Shown here in pieces: positions 12,830 through 26,299 of a stretch of 64,000 bases of DNA; positions within the stretch are counted from its first letter, which is position 1, and each line of letters opens with the position of its first letter. The translations under genes and the position numbers were made by a program. Source of the stretch: Dipteris shenzhenensis (Eukaryota); assembly GCA_047967505.1 (NCBI GenBank), contig CM106538.1; one strand, given 5' to 3'. The notes below the pieces were generated by a model. That model was not told where the DNA came from. It saw nothing but the letters and a program-made list of their open reading frames with translations, and did not search any database.

Positions 12830-15826
12830 GGCATACAAACTTTTTGCACAAGAGACCCGAGAAGAGACAAGAAGGTGCCTTTTTTTATCATTTTTTGGAA
12901 TCAGATTGGGGATTACATCACCTCAGCCCTGCAGGGCGTTTGGGACTTAGGTGAGATGCCGGACTCAGTCTTCGAGGGTCTCATTCATCTTATCCCAAAA
13001 GGAGGTTGCAGAAATTTAGTGTCTCAGTGGAGACCGATCACCTTACTAGGCACTTTGTATAAGATCTTGGCAAAAGCCATCAGCTTGCGATTGCAGCCCT
13101 TCCTGCCAGATCTTATACATGACACACAGACATGCTTTGTCCATGGCAGAAGCATTTTTTATAATATACTCATTTTGGGAGGCTTTTGAGTGGGCTATGC
13201 ATGAGGGCCATCAACTGGCAATTCCACTCCTGGATTTCGAAAAAGCATATGATAGGGTAGATTGGGGTTTTCTAGAGGGAACCCTTCTTCGCTTTGGATT
13301 TTCAGATTTGTGGATTAGAGGGCTTTCTGCTCTTTACAGGTCAGCAAGTACTCATTGGTGGAGTTAGGGAAGACAGGTTTCAGATATCCAAATCAGTCCG
13401 ATAGGGATACCCTCTAGCCCCCTTTCTATTCTTATTTGTGGCTGAAGCTATGAGCATCTATATTAGAGCTCAAGCTGATATTTTTGGGCTGAGACTTCTG
13501 TTGAGACAGGAAGAGGAGTTGCTGGACAGTGAGTTGGCAGATGACACAGCTATTTTTTTGGATGCCACTCCACAGACACTCACCTCTTTCAAGACAGCCT
13601 TGGATTTATTTGCATTGCAGCAGGGACTCACATTAACTGGAACAAATCCAATGGTTTCTAGATTAGTGATGAGGACACTCTAGATTGGGGTGCTGATATT
13701 GGATTTACTTGGATTCAGAGGGGTGTCTCCATCAGGTATCTTGGATGCTAGGTTGGGGTGGGCATTTCTCTAGCACAACAGTTCGCTCCCGTGTTGGAGA
13801 GCATCAGGAGGAAACTCCTATTTTGGAGTTCGGCCAGACTTGACCTTGCATCCAGAGTGGTGGTTGTAAACCAGGTACTCTTGGCTACAGCCTGGTTTGT
13901 TTACTCTCGCTGGTGCCGATCTACAACTCAGCTCAAGAGACCTATTAGGAATTTTTTGTGGAGTGGATTAGATGGCACTTCAGATGTGATCGCCAGGGTG
14001 GCTTGGGAGACTCTTATTCTACCCACTGAGGAAGGGGGCCTCAATATTGTTGATTCAGACTTGCAGTGTAGAGCCTTGCTCTGCAAGATGGTGATCAGAG
14101 GTTTGATGCCTGGTCAGGAGCCTTGGAAGGATTTTTTCTTACGCAGTATACAGACATGTATACCTTCTCAGGGAGGAGATTGGATGGACAGCCCTAGATG
14201 GATCTTTACGTCAGCCTATCTCAGATCTCCTACTTTCCCTCTCATGGCTGCCATTTTGAAAGCTTGGGACAGTTTCAGAAGTACTCTTCGGAGAGTTCCA
14301 CCCTCCTCTCGTGAAGAGATTGACAGGCAGCCTGTCATGTGGAATGATTGCATACTAGATGAGCATGGCAGACACTGGGCATGTCACATTATATACAGTG
14401 GTCTAGATGGGAGTTGGGACCTGCATCCATGGTGGGTGCTTGGAAAGCTTTCAGGATGCTTCCAGAGGATCAAAGAGCTCGTTCAGTTAGTCACCTTAGA
14501 GGAAGTGCAGCCAGGATGCAGCTGATAGATGCAACCATACCAGTGGAGTGGATGGATACATACCATTTGCCTATTTCTGAGTCCACCTGGTTGGGGGCTT
14601 TTTCGAGGACAAGTATCCCTCTACAGGTTATAGCCTTGCGAGATGCACATGAGGATACCCTTGTCTTTCAGGTTCATGCAAGAGGCAGACTCCACAGATC
14701 TTCAAAGGACATTCTTTTGGAGGCTCCTTTTCAGCCTATCAGGATTGCAGGATACATGGAGATGGGTAGAGACTCACAATGGTATCTTGATCCAGACCCC
14801 GCCGTTCTCCTGGCTATTGGATCTTGGAGGCTTTGGCTATATGGAGGTTCCCCTATTAGATCCTTGCAGCGGGATCCAGGGGAATGGGAGTGGATAGTTG
14901 CAAGGCACCGAGAAAAGAGCATCCCCTTCTTTCGTTACACGGTCAGAAATGCCAGGAGATTCCAGCTCAGTTGTAGGGGCTGGAGGCCCTCTAGAGCTCC
15001 TCATTGGGATACTTTTCAGATTTCTGCAGAGATGCAAAAAAACTTTTGGAGGAGGAAATCCCTCAGGAATAGGAAAATCACGTTATTCATTTGGCTTACT
15101 ATTCATGGAGGGATTGCAGTGAACGTGTGGCGATCCATGTTCGGGGCTGACTCTACATGTCCTCGATGCCATCCATTAGTTGAGTCAGTGCAGCACTGCC
15201 TTTAGGAGTGCACTCAGGCGAGGACAGTTTGGAAGGGTGTTGTTAGGATACTTTGCACTTTTCATAGAGCACCCTTCTTCATGACCTAGGGATCAGTTGC
15301 TTGGTTGTCACCCACTGGTCCACAGGCTTTCTTTGAGGGACATGCATGGATACAGCTTTCTTTGTTCGATGACATCTTGTGGAGTCATGCTCCCTCCAGG
15401 ATGTTCCGTTTACTCCATTCAGAGCTCCCCATGCTTGTGTAGACACATCTTGGGAGATTCTGGCTAGTATCATAGCATGGCATATTTGGAGAGCCAGATG
15501 TACAGAGGCTTTGGAGGACTCCAAGTTCACCCTTCTCAGACTATGGCGAGTATGTGGGCAAATACTATACACACTTTGATGGCCATTTGGGTGAACATAC
15601 AGGGAACCTCCTGGACTGCCACTGCTAGGAGGGTTGCTTTTCTTAGAGTCTAGAAGGATTGTCCTTTCTTCTCTGACTCTCCTTTAGGGATGAGGTGGCA
15701 TTTTCAGCCGCCACCCGGGATTTTTGTTTGCTCATTCTGAGCTGTTTTTTCTCATGCTTGACATGATGTACTCCCGCACTTGAGCTTGCTCTACGGCTTT
15801 TATTCATACTTAATGAAGTACTTCTC
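12830..15826 (+). mobile_element. 5'-truncated L1-clade LINE (RT and zf-RVT) in ribokinase intron 1
   Basis: WRPITLLGTLYKILAK, LLDFEKAYDRVDW, ELADDTAIF, CPRCHPLVESVQHCL. The 3' UTR matches the poly(A)-terminated copies at 58325-59263 and 63591-64000, but the tail is missing here. Confidence 0.92.
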
Positions 15827-17300
15827 TTAAACTGCCCATTTTCCATCCTTTCTGGCAGCCCTTACTTTAGCTAATTCAGTTGCCTTAATCTTGAGTTGAG
15901 CTTGTGTAAGCTCCTCTGCTATCCATACTTTGGTACCCTTCAACTTGTAAGATTGTCGAAGAAGCTTGAGCCGCATATCTTTTGACTTCAGAGTAAGGAT
16001 TGCATGACCTCTATAGTGCAAAATAGAAGCTGGCCTGAAGTCGTCGTCATCCTACTCATCATCATTCAATGTTGGGCAAGCTTGCTTTGATCTTTGTCAA
16101 TATTTCACTATACGTGTCCTTCTCTTTGTACCAATCTTCTGGGAGTCCCCCTATTCTAATCTTTAGTGCATTATCACATCTAGCTTCGTGTTCTTTAATC
16201 TCTGCTTGAATATCAGACTTACTTGCTTTCTTGTCCACTTCCACAATCACTTCCTTCTTAGCAATTTGTACTTCAGTGTGAACAAGATCTTTGATTGTAG
16301 AGACTAGTTGCGGGGTAGGGGGGGGAATCCTTACAAGATTTTACAGCCTCATCAATTACTGCCTGCTTACTAGGCCCTTCCAGAATGTGAAGTCAGGCCT
16401 TTACTTCTGCCAGCTCCAATCGTAGCTCTCTCACTGCCTGCTGCAGATAAAAAATATGATCTTGTTGCCCAAGGATGGGTCGTTTTGAGCCTTCTTGTTG
16501 GTAATTCCGTGCATATGGAGAGGGTGTCATGGCTGCAACTGTAGAGTATCGAGTCCTGATGGATGTTGAAGGAGTTGAGGGAGTTGAGGGGGACTTGGAG
16601 GAGAGGGTAGGCCAGTCCATAATTGGCTGTGTGTTGAACCCCCTAGCTTAACCTAACTCCTGGGTTGGGTTGGGGGTTTAGCCCAACTTGGGGTTAGGGA
16701 AGACTAGGACTAGGTCTAGGGCTAGGGCTAGGTACAGACGGGAGGAATGGAAAGGTTTTGATGGGGGGAGGTACGGGAGTACGATTGCAGGATGTGGTAC
16801 GGATCGAGGTACGCCAAAGGTATGGTCGGTTTTGTACGGTACGAGTTGTACTGTACGGACGGGTTGTACGGTGCAGGCTGTATGGAGAGGCTGAGCAGCT
16901 GGTTGTACGAAGGTACGGAAGGAGAGGCTGAGTGACGGAGGTTGAACGACTGTACGGAGGTACAGACGGGGAGGCTGAGCTGTACGGAGATACGGACGAG
17001 GAGGCTGAGGTGTAGGGAGTGTGTGATGGAGAAGATGAGGAGGCAGGAGGACACTGCACAATCGTTGTACAGTTGTACAAACAGTGTATGGATGGTGATG
17101 CATTGATGGAGCAGATGAAGAGGCAGGAAAGAACCATACAATTTTCGTACGGTTTTACAGACAATGTACAGACGGAAGTATGGAGGTAGTGCAGGGAGAG
17201 CTGTACAGCTGCCGTATGGCTTTACGTGCAGTGTATAGAGGTATGAATGGTGGTGGCATACTGATGTATGGACAGGGACTGAGCAATGGGATGATTTACA
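15827..17300 (-). mobile_element. 5' half (leader and degenerate ORF1) of an RTEX/L2/CR1-like non-LTR element
   Basis: HAILTLKSKDMRLKLLRQSYKLKGTKVWIAEELT and ALKIRIGGLPE resemble the RRM/CTD of non-LTR ORF1 proteins. There is an upstream coiled-coil (QQAVRELRLELAEVK), and the leader carries a CCGTAC array. Confidence 0.65.
16771..17152 (-). promoter_or_regulatory. CCGTAC (SBP-box-like) motif cluster in the non-LTR element leader
   Basis: GTACGG on + at 16771, 16797, 16834, 16853, 16866, 16913, 16952, 16982 and 17147, plus GTACGA and GTATGG variants. Confidence 0.6.
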
Positions 17301-17667
17301 GACAGTTCTAAGCAGCAATGCTGCAAGTGGGAAGGCTTGTTTGGTGCTGGGACACTTCATGCCCTTTGCTAGAGAGTTTCTCTTGCTTCTGCATCCATTT
17401 GGCCCAATTTGTTTCCTCATGATTCAGGATGCTTGTTGGAGCTCGTGGACATGGTCCTAGCCCCTTAAAAACATGTATACCAAAAGCTATGTAATTGTTT
17501 GACAATCATGCAAACTTTCTTTGGAATCTGTTTGGCTTGTGCTTGTATTTCCAGAATCCGGTTTGCTTTGAAAAATTTGTATGATATTGTACATCAGAAT
17601 TTAGTCTGATATTTTAATTTATCATAAACATATGCTGTTATGAGGCTTTCATATCTCTGTTTTTCAG

Positions 17668-17955
17668 GTTGGAAGGGATGGGCATGGATCACTGATTCAA
17701 AATGCTTTAACTGCTTGTGGCGTTCGAATGGACTACTTTAAAACTGTTTCCATTCCAACGGGCTTTGCTGTGATAATGCTGCAACCTGGAGGTCAGAAGT
17801 CATCTGTGGTGTCTGAAGGTGCTAATATGTCCTGGCCCAGGCTAGAAGATGGAATTAGCCGTTTCCCTCCAAGTGTGCAGCAATTGCTGCGACGTGCTGG
17901 TGCTGTACTTTTACAGCAAGAAGTTCACAATGCTGTGAACCTTGAAGCTGCTAAG
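17668..17955 (+). CDS. RBSK: Ribokinase-like PfkB family kinase, exon 2
   Basis: Acceptor TTTTCAG|GTT at 17667/17668. 96 codons, VGRDGHGSLIQNALTACGVRMDY...PTGFAVIMLQPGGQKS...GANMSWPRLEDG...AGAVLLQQEV...EAAK, continuing exon 1 in phase 0. Donor AAG|GT at 17955/17956. Confidence 0.92.
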
Positions 17956-18689
17956 GTTGGAGCTCTCTTTCCAAAATTAAAATTTGATGCCCTTGAAAAA
18001 AAAGAAAGGCTAGAGTAATGTAAATTAATCCATCCTGTCCTGAATAGGCCCTGCAAATAAGAATGATCAGATTGCAAGAGGGCTGAAAAGGAGGGGCAGG
18101 GAAGGGGGAGGTGTAGTCAAGAGTTAAGAAGCCCAGACACAAGGCATTATGAAAAGGGAGGTGAAGAGGGGGAAGGGGGGGGGAGGGGGAAGGTGGAGGT
18201 GGAGGATTTAATAAAGAGGGTAGGGGGGGATCCCACGTCTGCAATAGGGTGGCCCATTGATGGAAAGACTGATGTGTACCTCCCCAATTGAGGAAAAATT
18301 ATCAAACTAAAAAATAATGGCCCTTAGCTACAGGTTAAAAAGATTAACCTATGCTTTTGGAAAGACCATTTCATGCAATAGCATAGTCAAACGGCCACCA
18401 TGGGCCAACCAATGAAACTTGACATATTGTAATTCTTGAAGATGTATTTAATAGACATTTGAGTGGCTTCTTGTGTATCAGCTTTGTCTTTTTTAGGAAA
18501 GATGGATTCAAAAGTTTTTTGTAGAGGGTTGAGGTGGCACTTTCTGCCTCAACCTTGGTTTTTTCTAGTTCTCTCTGAGGAGCTTTTTTTGACCCGTTTA
18601 GGGTGTTTATTCTCATGCCGTGCATGATGTGTTTCCGGCATGAGATTGCCCTTTGATCCCATCCAGAAAGGTTTTTCACTCAACCATTG

Positions 18690-19188
18690 CAGCTGCTACC
18701 CCCTATGCAACAACACAGCAAAGATAGAAGATTATTTACGACCGGCAGGAGCATATTTATTATCTACAAAAGGAAGTTTGTGAGCTCAAGCTCCGACTTG
18801 TAGCTCTAGAAAAGAGAGTTCATGACATGGAAGGTAATGGAAAGCAAGAAGCTATCAAAGGAGTATTACACAAATGTAATGCATCTCCACAGCTTCTTTC
18901 TACTCTTCAAGAAACGATCAACAATCAAGTGTAGGTTATGAAGCAAGAAATGATTGTTGATGTGAACAGCAAGGTAAATAAAGCTGAACTCTGTGGAAGT
19001 GAAAGAATACGGAGCTAGAATGAATAACTAGCTGATCCTACATGTGGTAGGATCGCCAAAGGATTGTCTTGCCAAAGGGAAATATACAAAAGATAAAATC
19101 GATTGCCTCAAGGAGAAGATACTGCAAGTTGAATGGGATCAAGAGAGACAAGTCTCTTTTAGTGACAAGGTAGCATGGATAAAGATTC
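18690..19188 (+). mobile_element. Degenerate ORF1 of the same RTEX/L2-like family, interrupted by the Copia insertion (probably continues after 38984)
   Basis: ELKLRLVALE and MIVDVNSKVNKAEL are homologous to MIVEVDKKASKSDI at 16062-16250. RRYCKLNGIK resembles RQSYKLKGTK. Confidence 0.5.
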
Positions 19189-19372
19189 TGTAGGAACAAA
19201 CTGGAGACAGGTTGTGAACACAAGTGAGCAAGAGTGCACACACAAGAAAGCTCCAATAGAAATGTTCACATGAAACAATATAAGTACTTGGTATATATAG
19301 TACCCAAGTACTACTGGTCAACCATAAGGTTGACTTTATGCCTACAACACCATATCTTTGTAATCTCTTACA
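19189..19372 (-). repeat. Copia 3' LTR (184 bp)
   Basis: Direct repeat of 38828-38979 with 6 substitutions and an extra 32 bp. Confidence 0.95.
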
Positions 19373-19438
19373 AACCCCCCCTCAAAGATATGGCTGAAAG
19401 TACCCTGGAAACATCTCAGGTGTACCCTGCAGTACCTA

Positions 19439-22400
19439 TGTTACGCTCTAGCTGAGGTAGCATGACCTCGGAAGAATCAGTCGACATTTCCCCTAAAGGA
19501 TCTATAATTGTAATATATTTGTTTTGCGCTTCATGTAAATGATCGAGAGGGAATTAATGTCAAGGTCCTAGGTGAGGGTTGATAGCACCAGACTAGGTGG
19601 ATCTAAGGCTAAGGGCCTAATGCAAGAAATGTGCCTAGGGGCAAAGGAATTAACGCATCCCAGGAGAGGGATGAAATGTTGCATTAGGAAGGCCCTATAT
19701 GGATGACATGTGGCATCTAGATCCATCTAGGGAGATGGGGCTTGCTGAAGTTAGTGAGAGAAGGAGATGGTGTTCACGTATGTTTTCTTGGTTTTTTTGA
19801 ATTCTCTGATGAGTTCTCACGCTTCAGCAGGATTTGGCTGGGTGGAATAACTCGGTGCTTCTCCCGTGATCTCCAGTAGGAATTAGAGTAGTTGTATAAC
19901 AATTGGTATCAGAGCACAAGGCTTGGAATTAGAGAAGGGATGGACGACCTGCGACAGAAGGATTTCGAGCGGTGGTCATCCCGCACTGCCACGAGGAAGC
20001 TGGACGAACGGGATGAGCAGGGTAACGTGAGCTCGAGTTGCGGGACTGGACCGCCCTGGTGACTGATGATGTGCGGTTGATTCCCTGACGGGATCGACGC
20101 TGATTGAGATGTGATGATGAACAACTGGTTTATGCATCGTTAGGCACTGGTCTACGCAAGCTATCGCAGAGCGCAAGAAAGGAAGGAATCGACGAGACTG
20201 TTGATGTTTATCCTGTAAGGCCCTTCGACGTTGATAGTTGGTGGTTGACGTTGATCAGCGGAAAGTCCAAGGGGAGGTGCTGGAACGAGCAGCAGCAGCT
20301 CGTGAGCGGCGAGCAGCAGCAGCATGGAATCGTAAGGCTGTGACGAAACTCAAGTTGGATGGACGATAGGCGTGGAGCGCCAATCGACGAGCAGTGGGCC
20401 CGTAGTCAAGATTTGGGCAGCGAGCACGTAGGCGGTGATCTGGAGCGGTTGACAGATTAGCGAGATTGGTTGGAGCACGAAGGCATAGGGCCCACAGGCT
20501 TCGGGATATCTGGCTACCTCAACCCGTGACAGTTTTCGATTGATTCCCTCAGACAGACTTCGATCAGAGAGCAGGCTTCGTGGACATTTGTATTCGTGAA
20601 TATCCAGCGGATCTAACTGGGGGGACCGAGTTCATAGACCAAGGGGCTCTCTGTCACTTCTGTCAATTCTGTGTTTTCTTCTCTTGATTTAGTTTGTTGA
20701 TGCTCCGCTTGCATAAGAGTTTACAGTCTACGATGCTATAGGGACAGATTATGCCTGTGCAGATGCCTGTATACTTCAGTCTGAGTTAACTTACAGAAAT
20801 TTCCCTAGTATAGGAAGATTGGTATTTGGTTATATGCCTGTGTCAAAGGCCCAGTTAGTGTGCATGTCAGATTGCAGGTATTCCCTAGTATAGGGAATTG
20901 TGTCAGAGGGTCAGTACCCTGAATTGTGTAAGTGTGTAAATACAGTGTTCTAGCGGTGTTTTTAAATAAAAAATAAAAAAAATATAAAAAAATAAAACAA
21001 AACAAAACGCCCATTGAATGGAATGGAAGCAGAAGAAGGGGCTTCCAGAAGGGACCCTGGTGAGTCAGGAGTCCGGCCGACCCAGCAGGGATCGCGCCCA
21101 GTAGCTCACACTTTATCTGGCAGGATTGCATTGCTGGAGGATGCCTTGCAACAGTTGTTAGCGCAGCAATTACAAGCCAACGTAGGGCAATCTGAACTTA
21201 GGAGAGCGTTGCAGAGTATGTCTGCCAGACCTTCTCGAGAAGAGAAGGGAAAGGCTCCAATGGAACTGGAGTCTCTAGTGTCCATACGGTCGAGCCTAGG
21301 AAGGCTAAAGTGCCAAATATTACCAATTACAGACCGGAAAAGTATTCTGGTTGGATGAACGACCGTAGCTCCGATGTCATTGAGACCTGGTTACACAAAT
21401 GGGACGAGGCGTTCGGCATTTGTGAGATCAGAAATGACATCAAAAAGATCCTTGAGGCCACCCATATGTTTAGTGAGGCAGCGGATCGGTGGTGGATCAA
21501 ACAACAAAAAGATGGCATAGCATCCACTACCTGGGAGGGGTTTAAAAGAGAGTTCAGGAAACACTTCTTACCTCCTGACGAAGCATCCCGAGCTTGGGAT
21601 CAATATAGGAACCTTCGTCAGAGAAATTTATCAGTGGCAGAATACACTGATAAGTTTCGAGAGAGTGTAATGAAGGTTGATGAACCCCTGCCTCAATCAA
21701 TCCAAGTGAAAGATTTCATATTTGGATTGAATGATCGAATAAAAATGGAAGTTCGGGCTAAGTACGCGAACACGCTAGATGATGCAATAGCTATAGCCCT
21801 GAACTACGAGGATGCCAAGGGCAGCAAGCCAAGTGGGTTTGCACAGGTCGGAACCCAGTATGGGTATCCGAAGAAATCTGGGTTTAAGAAGAAGTGGGCT
21901 AGTAGAGGGAGTGGTTCGCAGCCGAGTGGTCAAGCCAAGCAGGCGAGACCGGCTGAAACTCCTAAACCAAGTACCACCATTGGAGTGAAGAGGAAAGTAA
22001 CCCCAATGGCAGCTGGTCTAAGTCTCCCTTGAACCCAGAACAAAGGGAAAAAGCGAGGAGAGAAGGCTTGTGCTTTGGTTGCCTTCAACCTCATCAGTGG
22101 AGGGATTGTCCACGTAATAAAGATCGTCGGATGGCTGAGATGGTGATCTCAGAGTGCGATGTGGAGATGCAGGGAAGTCCCAGAGCGGAAGAGATGCAGA
22201 TTCAGCTAGCGGGATCTTCTCAGAGGTTAGTACCTTGTTTGTTATGTGTATCTGTTGCTAAGTTAGTGACGAGTGCACCTGATAACATCCTATCTAAGCC
22301 CGCAGCAATGGGGTATACAGCCTTCAATGATACGGAGTTAATTAAAATGAAAGGGCAAGTGGCCAGTCATGATGTCATTGTGTTGTTTGACTCAGCGTCA

Positions 22401-25400
22401 ACTCACAATGTGATTAACTCCAAGCTCGTGAAGAGGCTGAAATTAAAGACAAGTCCATTTGACTATGCGTATACAGTTAGGATGGCAGATGGAAGTTCAA
22501 CTGAAGTATGGGACCAAAGGGTTACCCAGTTGGAACTTCGTATTCAGGACTATGCTGAGAAGCTTGATTTTGAAATGACCAAGCTTGCTCATGCAGATAT
22601 AGCCCTGGGTATGGCGTGGCATTCTAGGAAGAATCCAGCCATTGATTGGAAAAAGCACGTATATCAATTCAAGATGAATGATGTGCTTTATGTCTTGCGA
22701 GGTGAAAAAGATATACCTCAGGGACCGTTGGTTTCCGTGATGGAAATCAGAAAGGCTCAAGTAGAGTTTTTATTCCTTTGCACAGCATCGGTAGAGCCGG
22801 TGGATGAGTCTTCGGCTAGCACTGATGTTACGCAAAGTGGTGAGATGGCCAAGCTGGCTAATCTTATAACAGAGGAGTTCTCTGAATGTTTTAGGGATGA
22901 ACTACCTTATGGGTTACCTCCAGAGCGGAAAGTTCAACATAAGATTGAACTAATCCCGGGGGCAGAACCTGTAAATAGACCTCCCTCTAGAATGAGTTTT
23001 ACTGAAGAAGCGGAGGTGCGTAGGCAACTGGAAGAATACCTCAAGTTGGGGCAGATTCAACCAAGTTTCCCACCTTTTGATTCACCAGTGATATTAAAGA
23101 GGAAAAAGGATGATACGTTTCGCCTCTGTATAGATTACAGAGCATTGAATAATATCACTGTTAAGCACAGGTATCCGATGGCTCGGATTGATGATTTGCT
23201 AGATGCATTACATGGAGCCGTGATTTTCAGCAAGATAGATCTTAAGTGCGGCTATCATCAGATTCGGATTAGAGCCGAGGATGTGCATAAAACCGCTTTC
23301 AGGAGCAGGTTTGGTCATTATGAGTTTTTGGTAATGCCCTTCGGACTTACCAATGCTCCAGCGACCTTCGTCATGCTTATGAACGATTTACTACGTCCGT
23401 ATATTGGAAAGTTCGTAGTACATTTTATTGACGATATCTTGATATTCAGTAAAAGTGTTACTGAGCATCATGAACACTTAAGAATAGTGTTCAGTACTTT
23501 GAGGAAAGCCAGTCTCTATGTGAATAAGAAGAAAACTATACTGTGTATGGTTAGGCTTGAGTATTTAGGGTTCATAATTACTCCACAGGGGGTAGAAATG
23601 GATCCGAAGAAAGTGGCTGCGATACTAACTTGGCCAATCCCTCAGAGTCTGACCGTGTTGCGATCATTCTTGGGATTTGTCCAGTTTTATAGAAGGCATA
23701 TCAAAGGATATTCCGGAATAGTATCGCCATTGACTGATCTGACCTCAGATAAAGTACCTTTTAATTGGGGACAGAATCAACAGGAAAGTTTTAACACCAT
23801 AAAACAAGCTGTGGTCTCAGGACCGGTGTTAAAAATAGTTGATCCCCAGAAACCGTTGCTCTTAGAAACCGATGCAAGTGGCATTGCGGTAGGAGCAGTC
23901 CTCCTTCAAGAGGGAAGGCCAGTAGCCTTTGAAAGCAAGAAGCTTTCTCCCTCTCAAAGGAATTGGCCAACTCATGAATTGGAGTTGTATGCTGTTATCC
24001 ATGCTTTGAAAACATGGAGGCATTATTTGTATGGTTCAGAGTTTTATGTGGATGTAGATCATGATACTCTGAAATATTTTTGTAAACAGCCTGACTTGAG
24101 GAGCCGCCAAGCTAGGTGGGCAGAGCTCATGCAGGAGTTTAATCTAACGATTCGGTACCGAAGAGGAAAAGACAATAAGGTTGCTGATGCGTTGTCTCGC
24201 ATTATGCACAACCTGAGTTTCACGGTATTAGAGAGTGCTCTAATGACCGAGATCAGAGAAACTCAAAAGGTGGACGAGTTTGTCTAGAGCTTATGGCCTA
24301 AGGCTCATGTGTTAAAACCCGGGGAAAGTGAAAAGGATGACCTGGCATCCAGAAAAGGCCAAACTTATGCAAGATATACCATAAGGGATGGTATGCTGGT
24401 TAGAAATGGCAAGGTTGTAGTACCTGGTCAGAATGATCTCAGGCAGAGAGTCATTCGACAATGCCATGATAGCCCGTGTGCGGGACATCCAGGTGTCGAG
24501 AAGACATATGATCTCGTGAGGCGAGATTTCTTTTGGCCAAAGATGAAAAAGCATATTCATGAATATGTGACACGGTGTTTCTCGTGTCAGGTAAGTAAGG
24601 CCGAGCGGGTGAAATCACCCGGACTTTTACAGCCCTTGGAAATACCACTAAGTAAGTGGGAGAGCATTTCCATGGATTTTATTGTAGGGCTACCTGCAAC
24701 ACAAGGGGGATACAATTCTATCCTTGTGGTGGTTGATCGTCTAACCAAGATGGCTCACTTCATTCCGACTAGAGAGTCTGTTAGTGCCCCGCAAGTGGCG
24801 GATTTGTTTATTAGACATATATTTCGTCTGCATGGATTGCCTAGATCCATAGTGTCAGACCGAGATGTCAGATTTACCGGTCATTTCTGGACAGCGGTAT
24901 TCGAGACACTAAGGACTGAGTTGGGAATGAGTAGTGGGGATCATCCTGAGACGGATGGTCAGACGGAGAGAGTCAACCAGACTTTAGAGGATATGCTGAG
25001 AGCATATGTGTCATTGAGGCAACATACATGGGACAAGTGGTTGCCATTGTTGGAGTTTGCCTACAATGATAGGAAGCATTCATCTACCGGGTTCAGTCCG
25101 TTTGAACTGAACTATGGTTATAGAGACCAGTCAATCCGACTATAGTTGGAGTACCTCAGAAAGTGCCTAGTGCCGCGAACTTTATAGTTCAGATGCGGGA
25201 GATGCTAGCACTTGCGAGAGCTAATATCCGACAGGCTATGGATAGAGCCAAGGTGTATGCGGATGAAAATCGGTCTATAAGAGTATTTGAAGAAGGAGAA
25301 AAAGTTTTTCTCAGAATCCCTTCGCACTCGAAGTCGTTGACTTCAGGAGAGTGTGCTAAGTTATCACCTCGATACTGTGGGCCGTGGTTAATTCTAAAGA

Positions 25401-26196
25401 GAATAGGCAGTGTAGCCTATAAATTAGAATTGCCACAGGGGTGTAAGGTGCACCCGGTTTTTCATGTTTCGCGCTTAAAGAAATTTTTACATACAGGTGA
25501 CTCATTAATCGAAGGTGTGGTTTTGTTTCAGGAGATAGAGGATATTGCAAGGCGCAAACCAACAAGAATCCTGGACCGAGGAACAATGCAAATACGAAAT
25601 CGGAAGATACCCACGGTGTTGGTTGCATGGCATGGTTAGCCTCTATCCGAAGCTACCTGGGAATCCGTGTATCAGTTGCGGAGAGTGTTCCCAGACTTTA
25701 TCATCGAGGACGCTGATGTCTAAAGAGGGAAGGAATGTTACGCTCTAGCCGAGGTAGCATGACCTCGGAAGAATCAGTCGACATTTCCCCTAAAGGATCT
25801 ATAATTGTAATATATTTATTTTGCGCTTCATGTAAATGATCGAGAGGGAATTAATGTCAAGGTCCTAGGTGAGGGTTGATAGCACCAGACTAGGTGGATC
25901 TAAGGCTAAGGGCCTAATGCAAGAAATGTGCCTAGGGGCAAAGGAATTAACGCATCCCAGGAGAGGGATGAAATGTTGCATTAAGAAGGCCCTATATGGA
26001 TGACATGTGGCATCTAGATCCATCTAGGGAGATGGGGCTTGCTGAAGTTAGTGAGAGAAGGAGATGGTGTTCACGTATGTTTTTGGTTTTTTTGAATTCT
26101 CTGATGAGTTCTCACGCTTCAGCAGGATTTGGCTGGGTGGAATAACTCGGTGCTTCTCCTGTGATCTTCAGTAGGAATTAGAGTAGTTGTATAACA
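19439..26196 (+). mobile_element. Near-intact Ty3/Gypsy chromovirus (Gypsy-1) nested in the Copia 3' region; TSD ACCTA
   Basis: LTRs at 19439-19901 and 25736-26196. TSD ACCTA at 19434-19438 and 26197-26201. PBS TGGTATCAGAGC at 19904-19915 and PPT AAAGAGGGAAGGAA at 25722-25735. Confidence 0.97.
21014..25735 (+). pseudogene. Gypsy-1 gag-pol (gag, zinc knuckle, protease, RT, RNase H, integrase, chromodomain) with a few frameshifts and stops
   Basis: Gag IETWLHKW...[40 protein letters not shown] and FIDDILIFS; RH ETDASG; INT GHPG...CFSC, ISMDFI and SDRD; chromodomain ILDR...VLVAWHG*PLSEATWE. Breaks near 21310, 22010, 24287, 25145 and 25639. Confidence 0.95.
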
Positions 26197-26299
26197 ACCT
26201 AAAGTACCATGGTTACACAAATTCATCCAGATGGATATGCAACCTATGGGAGTACATGAAAATAATGTCATTGTGAATCACTTCACAACCCCCCTTGAC

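Noticed and set aside
16620-16735. Telomere-like GGGTTAGGG/CTAGGG repeats
   Set aside because: Too short and irregular for an interstitial telomere; part of the TE leader.
16678-17420. Overlapping 141-230 aa ORFs on minus
   Set aside because: They arise from the repetitive CCGTAC leader and have no domain-like content.
17956-18018. ORF continuation past exon 2 (VGALFPKLKF...)
   Set aside because: Ribokinase similarity stops at the AAG|GT donor; this is intron read-through, as is 8115-8138.
19904-19915. tRNA-Met-complementary sequence (also at 1362, 33117, 38814, 51822)
   Set aside because: These are 12-nt primer-binding sites, not tRNA genes.
22000-22040. Possible programmed gag-pol frameshift in Gypsy-1
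   Set aside because: The break falls before the gag zinc knuckle and is repaired by one extra C in the ACCCC run; the element has other random lesions.
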